Shown here: piece after piece, positions 59,673 through 64,000 of the stretch
Position numbering within the stretch: the stretch's first letter is position 1
Layout of the letters: each line of letters begins with the position of its first letter
Source: an uncultured Thermomicrobiales bacterium
Lineage (GTDB): Bacteria; Chloroflexota; Chloroflexia; Thermomicrobiales; CFX8
Assembly (NCBI GenBank): GCA_964577155.1
Contig: CAZNYB010000007.1
Coordinates: forward strand, 3,038 to 67,037
DNA length: 64,000 nt
Direction: 5' to 3'
Program-made: the position numbers and the translations under genes
The notes under the pieces: generated by a model
Databases searched by the model: none
What the model was told of the DNA's origin: nothing
The model's input: only the letters and a program-made list of their open reading frames with translations

Positions 59673-60535
59673 ACGATGCCAACGGGAGGACGAAACGAAC
59701 CGCGCCTGATATTCAGGCAATGAAAGGCAACGAGCCGATTGTCATGGTAACGGCCTATGACTATCCGACCGCCCGGGCCGTCGAACGAGCCGGACTGGAC
59801 ATAATCCTGGTCGGCGATTCGCTGGGCATGGTCGTGCTGGGGTACGACTCGACGATTCCGGTGACGATGGACGACATGCTTCATCACACAAGAGCTGTGA
59901 TGCGCGGTGTGGAAAGCGTCCACGTTGTAGCGGACCTACCGTTCCTCAGCTACCACCTTTCGGACGCACAGGCAGTTGAAAATGCCGGGTTGCTCATCCA
60001 GAAAGGTGGAGCGGATTCGGTCAAGCTGGAAGGCGGTCGCAACGTTGCCAGACGCATACAAGCCATCGTGGCAGCCGGGATCCCGGTCATGGCGCACATT
60101 GGTCTGACACCTCAATCGGCGGCCGCGCTTGGCGGATTCAAGGTCCAGGGAAAATCACTGGATGCGGCTCGCGATATGATAGCCGACGCGATCGCCGTGC
60201 AAGACGCTGGCGCATACTCCATCGTCCTTGAGGCCGTCCCGAGAAAACTGGCAGGTATCATTACCGATCAGCTGTCAATCCCCACAATCGGGATTGGTGC
60301 GGGAGTGGAATGTGACGGTCAGGTGTTGGTAAATGCTGATATTCTCGGCACATTTGACAAATTCACGCCGAAATTTGCCCGGCGGTACGCTGAAGTAGGA
60401 GAGATTACCACCGAGGCGTTCAAACAATTTGCAGCCGATGTTCGTTCAAAAGCATTCCCCGAGCTGGAACATGGATTTGTCATATCCAGCAGCGTCCTGA
60501 GTGAACTCCGATCCGACAGCGAAACGAAATCCTGA
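59669..60535 (+). CDS. panB: 3-methyl-2-oxobutanoate hydroxymethyltransferase
   Basis: MVTAYDYPTA, LVGDSLGMV and VKLEGG. Confidence 0.95.
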   Translation: MNDANGRTKRTAPDIQAMKGNEPIVMVTAYDYPTARAVERAGLDIILVGDSLGMVVLGYDSTIPVTMDDMLHHTRAVMRGVESVHVVADLPFLSYHLSDAQAVENAGLLIQKGGADSVKLEGGRNVARRIQAIVAAGIPVMAHIGLTPQSAAALGGFKVQGKSLDAARDMIADAIAVQDAGAYSIVLEAVPRKLAGIITDQLSIPTIGIGAGVECDGQVLVNADILGTFDKFTPKFARRYAEVGEITTEAFKQFAADVRSKAFPELEHGFVISSSVLSELRSDSETKS

Positions 60536-60609
60536 TTGTTTGATTGTTTGTGAGAGTGCCAGCGCCAGGCTGGCAATATGAGTCGTGCTTGAACGTGTGG
60601 GGGAAAACA

Positions 60610-61944
60610 ATGCACACATTCTTACGGAGAAGTATTGTCCTGGGGGGCTTGCTCATTCTGATCCTACCGCTTCTGGCTGCCTGTGGCGGGGGCGGCGACA
60701 ACGACGATGACTCGGTAGATCCATCCGCAACGAGTATCGCAACGGAGGCAGAATCGACCGCCACCGATGCGCCAGATCCAGGCGCTCCAACCGAGACCGA
60801 AGCCGAGTCTGAATCGACCGAGATCGAGGAAGATGCAAAAGCGACGGCGGAAGCGGCTGAGCCGTCTCCTTCTCCGACCAGCGAACCTACGCCAACCGTT
60901 CCGCCAGCTTCTGTTGAAGATCCTACGGCTGGGTTCGTCTACGGCTGGAACGTGAGTACCAGAGGTGACGACACAGGTGGTGAACATAATGATATGACTG
61001 TCGATGCCGTCATAGAGTCCGGATTTAGCTGGGTGCGTTTTCAGATCGAGTGGAGCTCATTTGAGCCAAATCCCGACGCCTGGGCGCCATTGCCGACTGA
61101 CCGGGTCGTCGAAGCGTTCAGCGACGCTGGCATCGGCATTCTCATTGCCGTCACCGACGCACCGGAGTGGGCGATTGATCCAACCGGGGAACACTTCCTG
61201 ACCGACTACGCTGAATTTGAACAGCTGATGGCTTTCCTGGCACAGCGGTACAGCGGGCGAGTGCAAGCCTGGGAGATCTGGAACGAGCAGAATCTCGCGG
61301 CACTCGTAGGCGGCACGGTTCGGCCCGAGGAGTACCTGGAGTTGCTCAAAGCTGGCTACACCGGCGTCAAATCCGGCGATCCCAACGCTCTGGTTGCGTT
61401 TGGTGGCTTGACACCTACCGGGGTGAACGATCCGAGCATCGCGGTAGACGATCTGGTCTACCTCGATCAGATGTATCAGCTTGCAAACGGCGAAGTCGTC
61501 AACTATTTCGATATTCTGGCTGTCCATGTCAACGGCACGAACAATCCTCCAGATACCATGTGGCCGGATAATCCTGGACCTGGGGACTGGTCGGATCACG
61601 AGAGTTTCTACTTCCGGCGAACGGAACAACTGTATGAAGTGCTGCTTCGAAACGGTGATAGCGCGAAACCGATCTGGATCACTGAATTCGGCTGGACCAC
61701 CGCAAATCCCGTTCCGGGATATGAGTATGGCGCGGACAATAGTGAGCAGGATGTCGCGGACTATGTCACCAGATCGATTGAAATAGCGCGAGATGAGTGG
61801 TCATTCGTGACCGGCGTGTTCGTCTGGAATCTCAACTGGTCCACACTTGTCGGCGAGGATGATGAGAAATACTACTGGTCGGCGCTCAATTCTGACTGGT
61901 CACCACGGCCACTCTATGACGCGGTGACTGGATTTGAAAAATAG
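60610..61944 (+). CDS. Secreted lipoprotein, clan GH-A (TIM-barrel) glycoside hydrolase; family not assigned
   Basis: Lipobox LLAAC, acidic/PT linker, WEIWNEQN (acid/base Glu) and WITEFGW (nucleophile Glu). Start moved to ATG 60610. Confidence 0.7.
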   Translation: MHTFLRRSIVLGGLLILILPLLAACGGGGDNDDDSVDPSATSIATEAESTATDAPDPGAPTETEAESESTEIEEDAKATAEAAEPSPSPTSEPTPTVPPASVEDPTAGFVYGWNVSTRGDDTGGEHNDMTVDAVIESGFSWVRFQIEWSSFEPNPDAWAPLPTDRVVEAFSDAGIGILIAVTDAPEWAIDPTGEHFLTDYAEFEQLMAFLAQRYSGRVQAWEIWNEQNLAALVGGTVRPEEYLELLKAGYTGVKSGDPNALVAFGGLTPTGVNDPSIAVDDLVYLDQMYQLANGEVVNYFDILAVHVNGTNNPPDTMWPDNPGPGDWSDHESFYFRRTEQLYEVLLRNGDSAKPIWITEFGWTTANPVPGYEYGADNSEQDVADYVTRSIEIARDEWSFVTGVFVWNLNWSTLVGEDDEKYYWSALNSDWSPRPLYDAVTGFEK

Positions 61945-62042
61945 TCCCGGGCTCGAACGCTCTGGAGGCACAATAGACCGATATCGTCTAGGATGTGCTG
62001 AACAGCGTTTCATGAGTTGGTGGAAGAGTACAGGACAGGTGG

Positions 62043-62843
62043 ATGGATCTACTTCTTGACGGGAAGGTTGCTCTCATCGCAGCCTCGAGCAGAGGACTTG
62101 GTCGGGCTTGCGCCATGCGTTTTGCCAGTGAAGGCTGCAATATCGCGATAAATGGACGCGACCCGGAAACCCTGGCAACAACTGCCCAGCAAATAAGGGG
62201 TGAAACCGATGCCCGGGTACTCGAGATCGTCGCCGACATGAGCGATCCAGCCGATATTACACGCATGGTGGATGCCGCCGCGGAACACTACGGTGGTCTC
62301 GACATCGTCGTGGCGAATGCTGGAGGTCCTCCGCCCGGCTACCTGAGCACGCTGACCGAAGAAGACTTTTTGAACGCCATCAACACCAATCTGATGGGCA
62401 CGATCCGGATGATTCGAGCCGCCGTCCCGCATCTTGAGGCACGGGGCGGTGGCAGCATAACGACAATCACGTCCGGCGGTGTGAAACAGCCAATTGGCAA
62501 CCTGATTCTGTCAAACACCGCCAGACCTGGTGTCGTCGGGTTTGTGAAATCGATAGCCGACGAGCTTGCCCCGAAGAACATTCGGGTCAATAACGTCGGA
62601 CCAGGCGCAACAAACACCGACCGGATTCGGGAAACCCTGGAACGCGCTATTGATCAGGGAATAAAAGAGGGGAAGACCGAGGAACAGGTCATGGCGGAGG
62701 TCGCCGCTCCGATCCCGATGAGACGACTCGGCGAACCGGAAGAGTTCGCCAACGTTGTAGTGTTTCTGGCCTCCCCGGCGGCAGCCTACGTGACCGGCGC
62801 TACAGTCGTCGTCGACGGCGGCAGATCACAACCTATCCTCTAG
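62043..62843 (+). CDS. SDR-family oxidoreductase, divergent (BKR-like) subgroup; paralogue of 48922..49728
   Basis: LIAASSRGLGRA, ANAGGPP and ILSNTARPGV. Confidence 0.8.
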   Translation: MDLLLDGKVALIAASSRGLGRACAMRFASEGCNIAINGRDPETLATTAQQIRGETDARVLEIVADMSDPADITRMVDAAAEHYGGLDIVVANAGGPPPGYLSTLTEEDFLNAINTNLMGTIRMIRAAVPHLEARGGGSITTITSGGVKQPIGNLILSNTARPGVVGFVKSIADELAPKNIRVNNVGPGATNTDRIRETLERAIDQGIKEGKTEEQVMAEVAAPIPMRRLGEPEEFANVVVFLASPAAAYVTGATVVVDGGRSQPIL

Positions 62844-63569
62844 CACCGTCAACTCGCTGGCTGCTGCTTTATCAACCAGCCAGTACAGGTTTCCATCAAC
62901 TGGTTGAATGAGACCGGCTGGCGGCACAGCACCTTCCTGTGGTTCAAGGACAGCTTTGAGTGCGTTTGCCTTGTCAGCTCCGGCAACCAGAAACATGACA
63001 TTTCTGGCGGCGTTGATGACCGGAAACGTGAGCGTGATCCGGTGGGTGTCGAGCTGCGGGACAGCATTCGCAACACACAACAGCTTCTGTTCCTCCAGCG
63101 CGGCGGTATCCGGGAAGAGTGACGCCGTATGCCCGTCCGCGCCCATTCCCAGAATAATCAAGTCAAACACGGGAATGTCGGTTGGCCCCAATCCGAATGA
63201 TCTGCGAAGGCTGGCTTCGTACTCCCTGGCAGCGTTTTCTGGATCTATCTCCCCGCGCATCCGGTGTGTCTGGGCGGCAGGAATATTCACCGATTCAATC
63301 AGGGTCTCATAGGCCATGAGGTAGTTGCTGTCCGGATGATCGTGATCTACCGTGCGTTCGTCCCCAAAATAGATATGAACGTTGGGCCAGTAAATGCCAG
63401 ACTCGGCTGCGAGCGCCTCGTGCAGGCGTCGAGGTGTCGAACCGCCAGCAAGCGCAACTCGTACTTGTTTACCGGCTGCAGATTCTTCAAGAATGTTAAG
63501 TGCGATGACTCTGGCTGTTTCGATCAGATGATCGCGATCATCAAGAATCTTTAAAGTGAGATCAACCAT
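62826..63569 (-). CDS. pgl: 6-phosphogluconolactonase
   Basis: ALAGGSTPR, FGDERTV and GMGADGHTASLFP. 18-nt convergent overlap with the SDR gene. Confidence 0.9.
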   Translation of the reverse strand: MVDLTLKILDDRDHLIETARVIALNILEESAAGKQVRVALAGGSTPRRLHEALAAESGIYWPNVHIYFGDERTVDHDHPDSNYLMAYETLIESVNIPAAQTHRMRGEIDPENAAREYEASLRRSFGLGPTDIPVFDLIILGMGADGHTASLFPDTAALEEQKLLCVANAVPQLDTHRITLTFPVINAARNVMFLVAGADKANALKAVLEPQEGAVPPAGLIQPVDGNLYWLVDKAAASELTVLEDRL

Positions 63570-63584
63570 GCATAGATCCTCTCG

Positions 63585-64000
63585 TTACCTGGCAAATTCA
63601 GCGAACGTCCTGGCTACTGCGAGTGCCTGCTCGTAGACGACGTCGCGTTCTATCTGGATCAGTTCCTCGCCAATAAGCCTGACATGCGACGGTTCGGTGT
63701 GTTGAACCGTCCGCTTTAGATTCAGGATTGATGGGGCGTCGATTGAAATCGTCGATCGATCGCCAGTGTCGTGCTGGATGACCACATTGAATAGGTTTGA
63801 GTTGGGACTCGCTCCGATATGGAGTCTATGCAGCCCTGATCCGGGCCTTGCTTTTTCGGTAAGGGTCAGCTGACAACGTTCACCTTGCCCGGTTGATGCT
63901 TGAAGAATCGCCGTCCCAGGATTGAAGTCTGCAGCATCAGGACGCCAGTCCAAAGACGATGCCAACCACCCGGCCAGCAATAGAGCTTCAGCCTGATACC
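63585..64000 (-). CDS. opcA: OpcA-like glucose-6-phosphate dehydrogenase assembly protein, C-terminal part (gene continues beyond the right edge)
   Basis: The frame is open to position 64000 (…YQAEALLLAGWLASSLDW…). It lies immediately upstream of pgl, as in zwf-opcA-pgl operons. The family call rests partly on context. Confidence 0.6.
   Translation of the reverse strand, partial: YQAEALLLAGWLASSLDWRPDAADFNPGTAILQASTGQGERCQLTLTEKARPGSGLHRLHIGASPNSNLFNVVIQHDTGDRSTISIDAPSILNLKRTVQHTEPSHVRLIGEELIQIERDVVYEQALAVARTFAEFAR

Overview
Gene-dense chromosomal window with about 60 protein genes, 2 tRNA-Thr genes and very little non-coding DNA. I saw no transposase, integrase, CRISPR array or recognisable defence or toxin module. 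The gene content (F420-dependent glucose-6-phosphate dehydrogenase, LLM oxidoreductase, a T-box leader, a PimA/CDP-alcohol-transferase pair, opcA-pgl, DUF3090) suggests a Chloroflexota- or Actinomycetota-like organism, but that is inference only. The centrepiece is a minus-strand, translationally coupled trpE-G-D-C-F-B-A-aroH-aroF operon. An M20D amidohydrolase follows aroF after only 7 nt. The operon sits behind a complete Trp (UGG) T-box leader with its own promoter and terminator. Things worth a second look, in my order of priority: (1) A BNR/sialidase-like beta-propeller gene is intact except for one in-frame TGA, and a SECIS-like hairpin follows 16 nt later. This is either a selenocysteine candidate or a fresh nonsense pseudogene. 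(2) A stand-alone promoter-to-terminator unit at 53363-53565 carries a perfect Shine-Dalgarno, a 15-codon Ser-rich ORF and mutually exclusive hairpins. It could be an attenuator or a small RNA. (3) A 17-bp perfect hairpin buries the ribosome-binding site of the thioredoxin-domain gene. (4) A membrane-anchored predicted pseudokinase has an extracytoplasmic lectin-like domain. (5) In two to three genes, conserved N-terminal catalytic motifs lie upstream of any ATG/GTG/TTG. All functional calls come from my own reading of motifs in the supplied translations; no database search was run.
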